IMG/VR virus record: IMGVR_UViG_3300044233_005517 | DNA: 64,000 bases | Strand: one strand, 5' to 3' | DNA from: an uncultured virus (IMG/VR IMGVR_UViG_3300044233_005517) | Taxonomy: Duplodnaviria; Heunggongvirae; Uroviricota; Caudoviricetes | The notes under the pieces: generated by a model | Seen by the model: the letters and a program-made list of their open reading frames with translations, nothing else | The model's database searches: none | Told to the model about the DNA's origin: nothing | Made by a program: the position numbers and the translations under genes | Shown: positions 1 through 12,000 of the stretch, piece after piece | Layout of the letters: the number at the start of each line of letters is the position of its first letter | How positions within the stretch are numbered: position 1 is the stretch's first letter

Positions 1-931
1 GAGTAAAGTAAGAAACCGGAGCATCTTGGCTATTATTCTTGACTCTAATTTTACTCTCGCTCAAATATGTTGGATTGGAACTGTAGTTAAAGTCGTTTGC
101 TCCAACGCGACAAAAATGAATCGTTGAGTTAAGCTCTGTTGTGTTATTGAAAGAAATGTCTTTAATTCTGTGTCGTAAACCATCGCAAGAAGCTGTAATA
201 GCAGAGCCGGTCAAGACTGCTGAAAAATTTTCACCAGCAGAGTTTATCTGAACGTCTACAGGTACAACACTACCGGACGTAAAGATAGAGCCGGAAAGGA
301 CTGCAACTCCGGCTTGATAAAAAATCAAACCACAAGCAGGTGTACCAACAGAAGCCCCTGATGAGCAAGATAAAATACCATATTCTCCTGCTGGGGAGTT
401 TACTTTATACTTATTGCTTGCACTAACATCTTGAATAGTTATTAAACCGGCGAATGGGTCTGAATATGAACCCGTGCCGATGATCATGGAAAAGGATCCC
501 TTTTTGATCTCATCCTTTGACAATAGACGAGAAAAATTAACAAAAACACACTCTTGTATTTTTGTTCCTCCATCGGTAATGTTGCCATCTTCATCAAACC
601 TTCTAATTGAACCTGTTGTATCATACCCAACAAGAACTTGAGCCATTTGGTTATAAATGTTAATTTTTTTGGCGTTTTGCGTGTTAGAAGCTCCGCTCAA
701 AGGAGAAGCATTAGAATATCCAAATGTCAAATCATAAATATGATTAGCGGAAGAGCTTAAATATGGATAATCATATACGGATTGAAACATTCCATGGGAA
801 TAGTTTTTAATATTGTTGTCGCTATATGTGCCTGATGCGATTGTGCCTGTAAGAGGAATTGCCTCGTGCAGTAAAGTACGAGTAGAAACTATGTCGTTTT
901 CTTGGTTTAAGTCTTTGAAAGTTGTAGCCAT
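1..931 (-). CDS. Putative virion structural protein, runs off the window start (MATTFKDLNQENDIVSTRTLLHEAIPLTGTIASGTYSDNNIKNYSHGMFQSVYDYPYLSSSANH...)
   Basis: Not in the ORF track because it is truncated. N-terminus translated by hand: ATG at 931 with a GAGGA SD just after the stop of 945..1880. Rich in TGS/SGS like neighbouring structural genes. Confidence 0.75.
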   Translation of the reverse strand, partial: MATTFKDLNQENDIVSTRTLLHEAIPLTGTIASGTYSDNNIKNYSHGMFQSVYDYPYLSSSANHIYDLTFGYSNASPLSGASNTQNAKKINIYNQMAQVLVGYDTTGSIRRFDEDGNITDGGTKIQECVFVNFSRLLSKDEIKKGSFSMIIGTGSYSDPFAGLITIQDVSASNKYKVNSPAGEYGILSCSSGASVGTPACGLIFYQAGVAVLSGSIFTSGSVVPVDVQINSAGENFSAVLTGSAITASCDGLRHRIKDISFNNTTELNSTIHFCRVGANDFNYSSNPTYLSESKIRVKNNSQDAPVSYFT

Positions 932-944
932 TTAATTATATCCT

Positions 945-1880
945 CTATTGTTTTTTAACAAATCTTACAGGAATATCTACTTTAAATCCTGTAGTTGCTC
1001 CCATCACTGAAATAATTGTATCAATAAATCTACATGTGAGGGTTGCCGCACCTGCGACAGAAAGATTAGGTGTCCCTAATTGCTCAAACAAGAACGTGCT
1101 TGTTCTTAAGTCGTTTGAAGCTAAAATTTTAAAATTGAAGAATGTCCCTCTCGGACCTTTAATAGAAGAGTTGGTTGTTTCGGAAGTTCCAATATCTCCA
1201 ATCATGTTTTGACCATTTCCTTGACCTTTTGAGAAAACATATGTTGCAATGTTATCGTCATCAACAAAAGATTTAGAAACTGAATTTCCTTGAGGGTCTA
1301 CCAGAGAACCAAAACGATTATCCATAGTGACAATGTATTGTGTTTCAAGTAGCATACTGTCCAATGTTTCGGTAGGAGGAATTTCATTTGTGTTCAATCC
1401 TTGATCGGTTCTTACGCTCGCTGCTCCAGCGCCACCGGGATTAAATCCATTCAGGATTCCAACAGGAGATGTTGTGGCTGAACTTGCAACAATCAAGCCA
1501 GCATTTGTTTGAGTCCCTACAGTGTTTTGGTCTACAGCGATAATCCAGGTTCCACTACTATTTCTGGCAAATGCTTGCTCTGCTTCATTTGGAATGATGA
1601 CTGGCAAAAACAGAAGGTCTGTTCTTGGAACAGAAATCAATTTTGATTTCATGGAAGAGTCATCGTTTGTCAATGCCTCTAAAATTGGTGTTTGTAAAAT
1701 TTCTAAATCTGCGTTTGCAGTGTTTGTATTTTTATTATAGTTTTCGTAGTCAATCTCATCGTCGCCCAATGCAAACTTTACAATTCTAAATGAACCATCA
1801 CCTTTTGCTAATCTTGCTCGTCCAGAATCAGTTAACACCGCATCTAATATGATATCACCTGAATTATCTAAAAATGCCAT
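945..1880 (-). CDS. Virion structural protein with tail-collar/baseplate-attachment-like N-terminus
   Basis: DAVLTDSGRARLAKG...KFALGDDEIDY resembles the N-terminus of tail-collar fibre proteins; AGGAG SD; structural gene context. Confidence 0.6.
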   Translation of the reverse strand: MAFLDNSGDIILDAVLTDSGRARLAKGDGSFRIVKFALGDDEIDYENYNKNTNTANADLEILQTPILEALTNDDSSMKSKLISVPRTDLLFLPVIIPNEAEQAFARNSSGTWIIAVDQNTVGTQTNAGLIVASSATTSPVGILNGFNPGGAGAASVRTDQGLNTNEIPPTETLDSMLLETQYIVTMDNRFGSLVDPQGNSVSKSFVDDDNIATYVFSKGQGNGQNMIGDIGTSETTNSSIKGPRGTFFNFKILASNDLRTSTFLFEQLGTPNLSVAGAATLTCRFIDTIISVMGATTGFKVDIPVRFVKKQ

Positions 1881-1920
1881 ATTTTTCTCCTATCTTCATA
1901 TAAATAGTATTGTTTTTCTT

Positions 1921-4509
1921 TTAACATAAATTATTAGTCTTGCTGCCATCAATAATGGCTCTTTTGTTTTCAAATCTTACGTTTAAATCTAATTTTTTAC
2001 CGCTTTTCTTGGATATAACACGTATTTTGAACGTTTTACCCCACAAAGGCTCATCCTCGGTTCCCAACACAATCGGCTTATCTGGCTGGTCCTTAAAATT
2101 AAGTGGGGATGTAAAATTACCCTCTTCGTCAAATATACCTGAAGCCTGTTCATTTAAGATCGTTTGCTGGTAAGCCGGTCTAATACGAATATACTTTTTA
2201 ACCTTCTTTGTTGGTACTTGTAGTGGCGTCTTTTTGTCCTCAAATGAGAAAACTCTTGTAAGTAAAAATGGACTTGCGCCATCATATGAAATCTCTATTT
2301 CGTAAACTGGTGATGGGTTTGATACATTACCATGAACATCAACCGAACGAAAAATATAATAATATTTTTTATTTGGTTCTAAAAATTCTACAGTCGATGC
2401 AGCAGCAGCTTGTTTGCAAGGGACATCGAAGTCACCGGCATTAATTTGCTTATAGTCCGCGTTAGTAAAATCTTCATAGGCTTGTGGTTTTGTTTCCAAT
2501 CTAAAAACATCAAATAAAATGCTTGGATCATCTGATGAAAACTCTATTTCTGAATTTTCTGGCAGTTCCATTTTTTCTAAAATGCTATCAAAAATTTCGT
2601 TGTCCTGTTCTCTTAAAATTACTGGCACTTCTTTTACGGAACCAACATTGCTTTTGAGTAAAAAGACTGCTCGGTTTTTGTCTCCACGGTAAGGATAGAC
2701 GGAAACATCCGGGAAAATTGGTGGCTTATCTGAAACAACAATCATTTTCTGATAGTATGGAACAGCGACTAATTTCATTGATGGAGATGGAAATACACAG
2801 ATTTCTGAAAATAACTTGGTTGGGTTAAGTTCATAATCAGCTATCCCTGTTATGTCGTTTATTTGATATCTGTAGCTTGTTCCAACTATCAATGTATATG
2901 CGTACACTCTATAAATGTATCTCTTTCCGTATTTTATTTGAGTGTCAAAGAGTCTCAAAAAGTCTTCATTTCCAGTATTTGGTAAAAAGAAATTCTGAAT
3001 ATTCAAGACTGGATTGTCATTTGCATCAACTTCCCACTTTTCTACTTTATAATAAAGAACTGCGTTTTGTGCTGAACTTCCGCTTAAAACTTCTTCAAAT
3101 GCACGAGCCTGCTGTTCAGCTATAGCCACAAAATTATCTCTTGCGGCAGTTGTAAGCATTGTGGTCACAACACGTTCATTGAAGCCCTCAATGTATGTGT
3201 AATCAAGGCTGTTCCCTTTTCCGGCAACAAAATTTTTGTAGTCTACTTGGCTCATGGAGCTTAAAAAGTCAGGGGCATCATTAAAAAAATCTACAAAATT
3301 CATAACGTTGAGTTCTTCTGGTTCTCCTACGCCGTTAAAGAAATTATCTGGTGCGAAAGGAACTCCTGATTTTGCATCAAGATTGAAAGACATAGTTTTC
3401 TGCTTTTGGTTATTTTGATTAAAATACGTAATCATGCTCGACCAAAGACCATACTGATTTAAAGCATTTACAATATTTTGAAACGAAGAAGGCATCATGC
3501 TTCTATCAAAAGAAACATCAGCATACATCGGCATATCAGATAAGAGATCTTTTGTGTCATTCATATGAGAGCTTAATGCCTCTGGTGGCAATATGACGTT
3601 AAATTGATTGGCTGCAAGATCTCCAGTCTCAAAAGCAAAATTGCTTGACGTTAAAATATCATAAATTGAATTTGAATATTCAGTAAAATAATCTACCGAC
3701 TGAAGACTTACCTTTGTTCCAGTTCCTATGTTCAGGGCTTGTTGTAGCTTTTCGGGATCTAAAAATGTGTTAGCCCTTTCCGAATATAGTGTTATGTGAT
3801 TAACCGCTTCTGGGTTTGCTTGACCCGTAGATTGTCCTTGATATGTTTCATCAAGAACACTATCAAATGCTATGTAAGATGGCAATAATCTTTCCGTCAA
3901 CTTAAATGGAGATAGTCCCGTGCTTCCTGAAAATACAAAAGTGTGAGCACTGACATTTTCATAAGCTCGATTATAGTAATTGTATTTAACATTCACTGAA
4001 GCTCCCTTGAATTGAGATGAATTTACCTGTGAATATTTCTTGTCCATTGCAAATTCAAAATTTGTGGTAAGATCAAGAAAGGTTTTGCCATTAGTTATGT
4101 TGCCCTGAAGTGGGACAATGTTAGTTGTATTTGGGGTATTGGCTTGTGGTCTTATGGAATTAATCCAGTTATTAATCGTTGGTTGAAGATTATAATTTGA
4201 AGAAGGATTTTCTGTAAGTGAAAATGCCCCACCCTCTTCTCTTGAGAAAGGCTCGATGGTTATTAACTTTTTTGTAGGATCGCCTTGTGGATCATCAATG
4301 ATTTGAATAGTTTTATACGCCACTGTAGGAGAATTTTGGACTTGATTCAATACAAGCTCTCCAGAAGAATTGTAGACGTTTCCAAGCCTATACCTTAAAA
4401 GATCTACATCTGTTGGTAAATACGAAATCGTATTTCTCCTGTTGGGAGGGTTTGTATTGTTGTACGAGCCAGTAGCTATAATCTTGAATTGTGGTGTAAC
4501 GCTGGACAT
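1921..4509 (-). CDS. Putative virion structural protein with FN3/Ig-like C-terminal domains
   Basis: 862 aa; FN3-like signatures (YGKRYIYRVYAY; LEPNKKYYYIFRSVDVHGNVSNPS); TAATG coupling to the upstream gene. Confidence 0.55.
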   Translation of the reverse strand: MSSVTPQFKIIATGSYNNTNPPNRRNTISYLPTDVDLLRYRLGNVYNSSGELVLNQVQNSPTVAYKTIQIIDDPQGDPTKKLITIEPFSREEGGAFSLTENPSSNYNLQPTINNWINSIRPQANTPNTTNIVPLQGNITNGKTFLDLTTNFEFAMDKKYSQVNSSQFKGASVNVKYNYYNRAYENVSAHTFVFSGSTGLSPFKLTERLLPSYIAFDSVLDETYQGQSTGQANPEAVNHITLYSERANTFLDPEKLQQALNIGTGTKVSLQSVDYFTEYSNSIYDILTSSNFAFETGDLAANQFNVILPPEALSSHMNDTKDLLSDMPMYADVSFDRSMMPSSFQNIVNALNQYGLWSSMITYFNQNNQKQKTMSFNLDAKSGVPFAPDNFFNGVGEPEELNVMNFVDFFNDAPDFLSSMSQVDYKNFVAGKGNSLDYTYIEGFNERVVTTMLTTAARDNFVAIAEQQARAFEEVLSGSSAQNAVLYYKVEKWEVDANDNPVLNIQNFFLPNTGNEDFLRLFDTQIKYGKRYIYRVYAYTLIVGTSYRYQINDITGIADYELNPTKLFSEICVFPSPSMKLVAVPYYQKMIVVSDKPPIFPDVSVYPYRGDKNRAVFLLKSNVGSVKEVPVILREQDNEIFDSILEKMELPENSEIEFSSDDPSILFDVFRLETKPQAYEDFTNADYKQINAGDFDVPCKQAAAASTVEFLEPNKKYYYIFRSVDVHGNVSNPSPVYEIEISYDGASPFLLTRVFSFEDKKTPLQVPTKKVKKYIRIRPAYQQTILNEQASGIFDEEGNFTSPLNFKDQPDKPIVLGTEDEPLWGKTFKIRVISKKSGKKLDLNVRFENKRAIIDGSKTNNLC

Positions 4510-7500
4510 TAGTAATTTGATCCCCTTGTAGACCTTCTGGTTGTTTGATTTGCTATTCTTGAATTTCTCAATCTTGATACCAAGGATCTATTTTCAATTC
4601 TTTCGCCTTGGGTCACTATTGCTTCATTTCTATTTTCTGATTCATTTAAGATTTCATACGATGTTTGATATTGAGGATTGTTGAAACTCATTGAAAGACC
4701 CTTTGTTGGCTCTTCTTGGACTTGAGATGTTTTGATGACATCATCTTTTTCAGTTGTTCCTATAAAAAAGTATTTTTCAAGCATCGGTAAAGATTGCTCC
4801 TCATCATATCTGATGTTTAAAGTATCATCGGAATAAGGCATGATTCTGCAATATAATTTTTTATTTTGCCTTTTTGCATCTTGAAAAGTATTGGTGTCCA
4901 AAATTTTCCAAATTGGATCACGAGGAGAATTTTGATCTGTACCTGCCACAGCATCGTATCCACTCAAATATTCTACCTGAACAATTGTTTCAAACATGTA
5001 TTTTGCCCTTACAAAAGTGTCTTGATTAGAAAAAGGATCCTCATTTATAAAGGTCAACATATCTGTCTTCACGCTCGGCACGGGTGATGTCTCCGCTGTG
5101 TTTTCGGTATCTTGAGATATTATAAGAGCTTTAATCTGATTTGGTAATTGAGCAATCTTGTTGCTGTCTACACCATCGGTGTTCACTAAAACATCAGGGT
5201 TCAAGTTCTGTAGCTTTATTTTATCACTTCTTTCCGCAATATTTTGAGAAAATATTTTCTTAAAGACATTGGAGCCAAGTTTTTCTTTTCTTGCCACTGC
5301 TTTTTCTGTAGCAACATTTATTTTTGTTACGCCACCAAAATCATTAGTGTTGGCTTTTTTAACATTTTTATCGTTTTTATAATTCGTTGTTTCATCAGTT
5401 TCCTCTTCAATTACGATTGATGCTTCGTGATTTAAAGAAAAATAATTGGTCAATTTTGAGTTTAATCTCTCTTCTTCGACCACATCAGGCTGTCCCATGT
5501 TTAAGCTTTTGATAGATGGGTTGATATTCACTTGTTTATCTTTAGTCAAGTTATCAACTATGGCACTTAAACTCTTGTTTTCATTTGACAAAAACTTATT
5601 ATATTTTTGAGGTTCTTTGTATTTGTCAAAAACAACCGAGGGTGTAAAATAAGAATATGCAGTTCTATCAGTAAACGTTCCAGCTTCAGGAAATTTAGAT
5701 ATCTTTACATTTGCATTTGGAGATGTATAATATTTTGCAGTTTCAGCATTTTTATAATTATCAAAGCTTTCGTAGGAAATGACTCTTACACCAGCTTCAT
5801 CGTTTCTTAATTCACTGTCGTCAATGTCAAAAAACAAGTTTCCAAAATTTGATTGGAGGGATGCATTAAAATACTCTTGAAAAATAACTCCAGTGGTTAC
5901 TTTTTGCCTCAATGCAATATAACTATTTCCACTTGATTTGCTCTTAAAAACGTTTGCATTTGTTCCTTTATCTGGTTTTTTGCTAAACGCAACCAAAACA
6001 TTGTTTTGGATAGTGTTCAATAGATCCTCTAATGTTTTTTGAACTCTCAAATAACCTTTTGGATTACCAGATATAGGACTCAAAATATTTTTCATAGTTA
6101 AGGATATTTGTTTTTTATCTTCAATGCTTAAAGCGTTTTTGGAAATAACGTCATAAACTTTCAAAAAGTCCCTAGGTATTTCTTCCCAATAATCTCCTGA
6201 AACATCAATAAGTTGTTCGCCATTTATAGATAATTCGTTTATAAATTTAACAGTAAATTTATCAATTAAGCTGTCGTAATATTCAGGAGAAATAGCATGG
6301 ATGCTTATTATTTTTTCCAGTGTCTCTATGTGCTTTGAGATGGTTGCAGAAGCATCTTCAAAATATTTTCTTCTATCGTCCTTGATAGACATCTCTATTT
6401 CATATTGATAAAATCCATTAGAAAACTTACGAACACTGTTGTCGGTGCCAGTAAAAACTAAAGTATTGTTGCTAAAGTTTGTTTTATCATAAAGCCCATT
6501 CACTCTCTTGAGCATAGATACTCCGTCGCCGGTCGATTCAGAAATCTTAAAGCGACCGTTTTCCTCGTAAGCTTCTACAATTAATTCTCTGGTTCTATCA
6601 ACCGAATACCTTTTTGAAAAATCTTTTATATAATTCCCACCAGTCTTTACTTGAATTTGTTCTACATCTCCAATCTTGTCCATCCTGTACTTATTAAATG
6701 CAGGCATTCGGGCACTTGGTCGAAATTTTTTTGATGTGGAAGTATCATTTGGTTTTTGACCACTCAAAGGAGAGCCATAAACTCTTTTCCTGAAAATCTT
6801 TAAACTATCGATTGAGATGTAATCTAATATATCTACAGAATTATTGCTCGTTAAGATGTCGCCATCAAGCCCCTTCTGTCTTATAAGATTCTTTAAATTA
6901 ACAGAAAAAATAAAGTTGCAGTTGCCATCAGCATCTCTTGATATATCCATATTAGAAAACAAAGAGTTTTTATTAATTTCTGCCTGAAATAATGAATTCA
7001 GCGAGAGTGGTGTTGTGCTTGCAATATTTGTATTTAATTTACTCAAAGAAACAAAATCTTGAACTGTGTTGTTTTCTACATTTATTCTTTTTAAAATTGG
7101 TTGGTTGGAAGTGTTGCCATGGATTGAACCTCCCATATAACCATAAAATGGTTCATTATTAATTCTTATATCCCCATTGTGATAATGGACAGGTCCTGTC
7201 CAAATATTTTGCACTTGGTCATCAGTAACAAAAACTGAAGCTTGAGAAGGAATTTTGCCACCCAACTTAACGTCTTGACGAGTTATATTTGAGATCTTTA
7301 ATATATCATATTCATCTTGTTCTGAAGTAATGAAGCTAAAAATAAAATAAGATAAATATTTTTGCTCCTGTGTTAATGGTATGTTGTCAACGTTACCAGG
7401 TGTTCTTTGTGAAGATGGAAAGTTTATCACCCGATTAAAACTGTATAATGTTCCGAGTTCTTTTCCATTTTCAGAATATCTTTTTTTCAAGCTTTCAGCA

Positions 7501-7907
7501 TTGTTCTCTCCCATAAGATCATTTAACGTGTAATACTGAAATGAAGTCCCATCAAGTAATTCTGCTCTATCTTTCGATGTGGTGTTTTGAAAAATCGACT
7601 TGACTTGTGGAGCTGTTTGCACTTTGGACCAAGCATCAATAGCTGATTGTTTTGTGACTTGTGCAACACATATCTTTATCCTTGGCATAAGGATAGATGA
7701 AAAAGGATTATTGTACCAAGAAGAATATTTTCCCGTTGTTGAATCTTTTACAACAATGTTTATGTTGGTTGTTATTAGTGATTGGTCTGCCGAAGGATCT
7801 TTTACATAATCATCGACGATGATTCGATCAATATAGACAGTTGGTAATTCTTCACCAATAATTGTTCTTGTATCTAAATTATACGATGTATCAATTTTTA
7901 AGCTCAT
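4509..7907 (-). CDS. Hypothetical large virion protein
   Basis: 1132-aa ORF, translationally coupled on both sides within the structural block. Confidence 0.55.
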   Translation of the reverse strand: MSLKIDTSYNLDTRTIIGEELPTVYIDRIIVDDYVKDPSADQSLITTNINIVVKDSTTGKYSSWYNNPFSSILMPRIKICVAQVTKQSAIDAWSKVQTAPQVKSIFQNTTSKDRAELLDGTSFQYYTLNDLMGENNAESLKKRYSENGKELGTLYSFNRVINFPSSQRTPGNVDNIPLTQEQKYLSYFIFSFITSEQDEYDILKISNITRQDVKLGGKIPSQASVFVTDDQVQNIWTGPVHYHNGDIRINNEPFYGYMGGSIHGNTSNQPILKRINVENNTVQDFVSLSKLNTNIASTTPLSLNSLFQAEINKNSLFSNMDISRDADGNCNFIFSVNLKNLIRQKGLDGDILTSNNSVDILDYISIDSLKIFRKRVYGSPLSGQKPNDTSTSKKFRPSARMPAFNKYRMDKIGDVEQIQVKTGGNYIKDFSKRYSVDRTRELIVEAYEENGRFKISESTGDGVSMLKRVNGLYDKTNFSNNTLVFTGTDNSVRKFSNGFYQYEIEMSIKDDRRKYFEDASATISKHIETLEKIISIHAISPEYYDSLIDKFTVKFINELSINGEQLIDVSGDYWEEIPRDFLKVYDVISKNALSIEDKKQISLTMKNILSPISGNPKGYLRVQKTLEDLLNTIQNNVLVAFSKKPDKGTNANVFKSKSSGNSYIALRQKVTTGVIFQEYFNASLQSNFGNLFFDIDDSELRNDEAGVRVISYESFDNYKNAETAKYYTSPNANVKISKFPEAGTFTDRTAYSYFTPSVVFDKYKEPQKYNKFLSNENKSLSAIVDNLTKDKQVNINPSIKSLNMGQPDVVEEERLNSKLTNYFSLNHEASIVIEEETDETTNYKNDKNVKKANTNDFGGVTKINVATEKAVARKEKLGSNVFKKIFSQNIAERSDKIKLQNLNPDVLVNTDGVDSNKIAQLPNQIKALIISQDTENTAETSPVPSVKTDMLTFINEDPFSNQDTFVRAKYMFETIVQVEYLSGYDAVAGTDQNSPRDPIWKILDTNTFQDAKRQNKKLYCRIMPYSDDTLNIRYDEEQSLPMLEKYFFIGTTEKDDVIKTSQVQEEPTKGLSMSFNNPQYQTSYEILNESENRNEAIVTQGERIENRSLVSRLRNSRIANQTTRRSTRGSNY

Positions 7908-9019
7908 TCGTTACAACCACCCACTGGATCTTCTGCTCCTAAAACATCAAACACTTGCGAAGTATTATATTGACCATTTTCTTTTTTCTCATTACATTCC
8001 AAACCAGTTGTCCCAAAGACGCCTTGTGACTTATCGACTGTCAAGCTGCATAATGTATCTTCATCTATCTCTGCATCAGTTTCTATGTTTAAAAAGTATC
8101 TTACATAGCTTGGATCCAAAGAAAAGCTACCCTCATCTGAAATATTAGATTCAGTATCAATGTTGCCATTGTTCTGTTCTATTTCTTCGTCCGACAATAA
8201 AATATTATTAACAACTCTTTCCAAATCGTCTTTTATGAAATAAAGAGGTGTCATAACTTGTTTTATTTGACCATCTGAACCGCTTTGTTCCTCTACGGAA
8301 TAAACTTCAATATCAAAATTCTGCTCCCCATAAAAAGTATTATTTTCAGAGAGATCTAAAATAATATCATCACCCTGTTTAAGAATTTTTATGTAACTAT
8401 TATCTAAAAATGTGTAATCTACATCTTCTAAATTCTGATCTGGGGCAGCTTTTTCTATAACCGATTGATAAACAACTGGATCTAAACTTAATTGTGGGAT
8501 CCTTTCCGTAACATATGCGCCTGTCAGATAATTTGATGAAGATGAAATTTGACCTCTTAACGCATTTACTTTCCAGCTTGGGGCATTATTTGTATTAAAG
8601 TCAGATGTTCCAATAGGATACTTCAAGGAATAAAACTTATCTACAGTCGCTTGTATTGTTGGTCCAGCATATTTTTTTACATTTGTGCCATCTTGAAGAA
8701 CTAGAATACCGTTCTCAACACCAACTTGGATATTTCCTAAATTGCCATTAGGATCACGGAAATCCTTGATTAAATGATTAGCTTGAGTTTCAACGCCTGC
8801 ATAGTTTGATTGACACTGTAAACGTGGAGATTCGTTTTTAATTCTGTCTTGTATATCATTTTGGTTTTCAGTTACGCCACCATATAACCCATCATACAAA
8901 ACTCCATCGTCAAAGAAACTATAATAAACAGGCTTAAATTTTCCTTTAGATAAAAGATGCTTACCATAAGAAGTAATCTCGATATCAATAACCTCTTCTT
9001 TTCCGTTTAAAAACCTCAT
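7904..9019 (-). CDS. Putative virion structural protein; N-terminus paralogous to 945..1880
   Basis: 371 aa; DIEITSYGKHLLSKGKF...SFFDDGVLY aligns with the motif in 945..1880. Confidence 0.55.
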   Translation of the reverse strand: MRFLNGKEEVIDIEITSYGKHLLSKGKFKPVYYSFFDDGVLYDGLYGGVTENQNDIQDRIKNESPRLQCQSNYAGVETQANHLIKDFRDPNGNLGNIQVGVENGILVLQDGTNVKKYAGPTIQATVDKFYSLKYPIGTSDFNTNNAPSWKVNALRGQISSSSNYLTGAYVTERIPQLSLDPVVYQSVIEKAAPDQNLEDVDYTFLDNSYIKILKQGDDIILDLSENNTFYGEQNFDIEVYSVEEQSGSDGQIKQVMTPLYFIKDDLERVVNNILLSDEEIEQNNGNIDTESNISDEGSFSLDPSYVRYFLNIETDAEIDEDTLCSLTVDKSQGVFGTTGLECNEKKENGQYNTSQVFDVLGAEDPVGGCNE

Positions 9020-9035
9020 ATGATTTTCTCTTTAA

Positions 9036-12000
9036 CTAATTATCCTCTTCATCAATTTGATCGTCACTGGAAACGAAAGTGTTTTCTGTTTCAACTTGAG
9101 CAAGTTCAACAAGAGAGAAAAAGTCATATGGCCAGTTATAGCTATATTTTAGCTTGTTATCTTTGCCCAAACTAAATGCAAGATTGAATTGTTCGTCATC
9201 AGAATTTGTTGGAGTCACTTCAAAATAATTGTATCCTGCTCGTTTCTTAATCTTGAACACCATCCATCGTGTATCAGGAGGAAGCTGTTTTCCGTGGAAA
9301 AATTCATCCTTTCCTGTTGCGTGACTAAAGATATTATTGTCAACAGACGGGTCAGAAAACTCTGGATTTGTTGAGATTTTTGGCATAACACCTTGCCAAA
9401 TATCAGCCAAGTCTTGTGAGTCAAGATAATGATTGAACTCAAATACATACATCGCAAATGGGTTAACTCTTGTTCTTCCACTGTCGTAGGTCATAAAGTC
9501 AATTTCTGGAGGTAATACATAATCTCCGGCAATAGAAAGCATTTTTGTGATTGACTCACTTGGTTTTTTGTTGCCTTCTTCGTCTACAGGAATACTTGAT
9601 AAGTTACCATTTTTATTTGCTTCATACCATTTTTTGTAGAAGTCAAATGTGCGAGTTTTGATTCTAAAAAAGTTTCTATCCAAAACAGGTGTTGTTTCGG
9701 CATATTTTGATCCTCTACCATGAGGGTTTGGAGAATAAGGAATTGCTACGATTGCTTCGCTGATTTTCTTGATATCTGCAATCTCTCCAACTTTTCTTAT
9801 TTGTGGTGTATCAAAACATTTTTCCACAAGGGAACCTGAACCTTCCGCAAAACCATTTTTAAATGTCTCTTCAATCCCAAATGTTACGCCATTACTAGAT
9901 GTTAGTAATTGCCCATACCCGCTCCACATACCGCGACCAAACTGTTGAACGCGAGGTTGGTTACTAAAATCAAGGATTGGTGTTTCCATTTTTGGACTAA
10001 TGATCCACCTGTTTCGACTTTCAGCTGGGTCATCAACAACTTCAATTAAGTTTCCTTTATCGTCAAAACGAGATTGTTTTTCAGTTAGAATACCAAAGGT
10101 GTTCAAAGACGAACTTAATTGCATCGCTCCTTCTTCCGCAGGATATGTTTGCCTTATTGTAGAGACTTGTGCATAAGCAATAGCTGCATTATTATCTTGC
10201 ATGGAGACATCTGGGTAAAGTGAGCCGGTTGTCGTGTAAGTTGTAGAAGATGTATTACTTACAAAAATCGTGTCATAAGAACCGGGCTGTGCATACTTAA
10301 ATAAAGTAACAGAGCTTCCAGCCGAATCTAAATCTCCTACACGTTCATTTCCATTAGGGTAATTTGTATTAACATTAGCTGAAGATTTTTGATATTTCAC
10401 AGTACCGTCTTCTTCGATCAAAATTCTAAACCAGTCTCCCGGAGAAAAGGCACCAGATACTAAATTGCTATACACATTGACACCATTTTCAAATATGTTG
10501 AGTGTTTCATCGGAACGCATGTGTATCGCATATTCCATGTCAGTGTATGTTGTGGCAGCTGGTGGATTATTATTTAATCCTACCATACGGTTCTTGTTAC
10601 TACTACCGGCAGCCTTCCATTCCAAAAATTGACCTTCTCCAACTGCACGTGAGTTTGCAGAAGTAGCGCCGAAATTCCACGAGCCACCACCTGATGAACG
10701 AGACAAAACAAAGTATTCCGATGCCGCAGAACTTGAGCATACGAAGGAGCCATCATTCGATGAAGTAACCCAGTTTATATAATCAGATCTTTTTTGAATT
10801 TTTGTAAACTTTTCTTTCAGCTGTTCATTTCCGTATGTCACGGTTGCTTTTTCAAATAACTTTTTATAATTAAAATTTCCCTTTTCATCATCATCATCGG
10901 CAATGTACTTGATAGTCGCTTTTGATTTTCCATAAAAATATGGTGGAGTGTAAGGTGCATAAAGAGGATCTCCTGCATTTTCTGTGAATTGAAAATATCC
11001 AAATTCTGGAAGTGTATTGTATAAAACCGCATCTCCAATTCCTGGTAGATTTACTGTACAGCTTGAGGACAAGTCACCAAAACCAGATCCTCCAAGAGTG
11101 GGTGGTCCAAAAAATTGACCATTATAAGTTCTAAATTGAGTTATGGAGGTTGGTTGTCCATTATTTGTTTCAAAGAGATAATCCTCTATCATGACCACGT
11201 TTGGATCCTTTTCCAGTACAACATCCATATAATAAGCGGTTCCTGAAACTAAAGATATTTCTTCTTGTCTTTTGGAGCTTATCGATTTAAGCTCTTGATT
11301 TTCTAAAAAGAATTTTGATGTTTCTGCAAGAAAATTATTAATACCAAGTCTGTAAAGATTGTAATCTCCTGATGATATGGCTTTTGCTCTAGAAAAATCT
11401 GTAATTTGAGCAAATGGTCTACGAGCTTCAGAAAATGCTCTTGGAGTATTATTTTCTCCTTGATTAAGATTGGTATATGTAGGATAAAGAAGCTGCAATT
11501 TCCCTTCTCCGTCAGAAGAACTAACGGGAAATCCAATATTACTTAATGGGTCCAAAATAGATTCAAAAGGGATTCTATAATTTGATGCTTGCCCTAAAGC
11601 GAAACCATACGTCTGGTCTGCGTTTTCTAACCCTTGTGAGTCATTACTTCCGGTGTATGCAGCCCAATCAACTGCAATACCAGACTTTATCGTATTGTAC
11701 AAAATACCTGGTGCAAAGTATGGCTGTAACATTGATTGTACTGCCAATGCTCCAGAATTTTGAAAGCTTGAGTTAATTGGAGAACCATCATTCCAACCAA
11801 GACCTCCAATGTGGGGTCCCAAAGATTGAGAAAACAATGATGCCAACTGTAATGTCCTGTGAGATGGATAAAAACCATTATATGGTAATAATTTTTTAAC
11901 ACCATTGCACGTTAATGTTATTTTACCAAGTTCTAAATCGCTTGAAAACTTTCCAAAATATTGTTGAAAATCAGTATTAGAGTATTCATTAAAAAACTCT

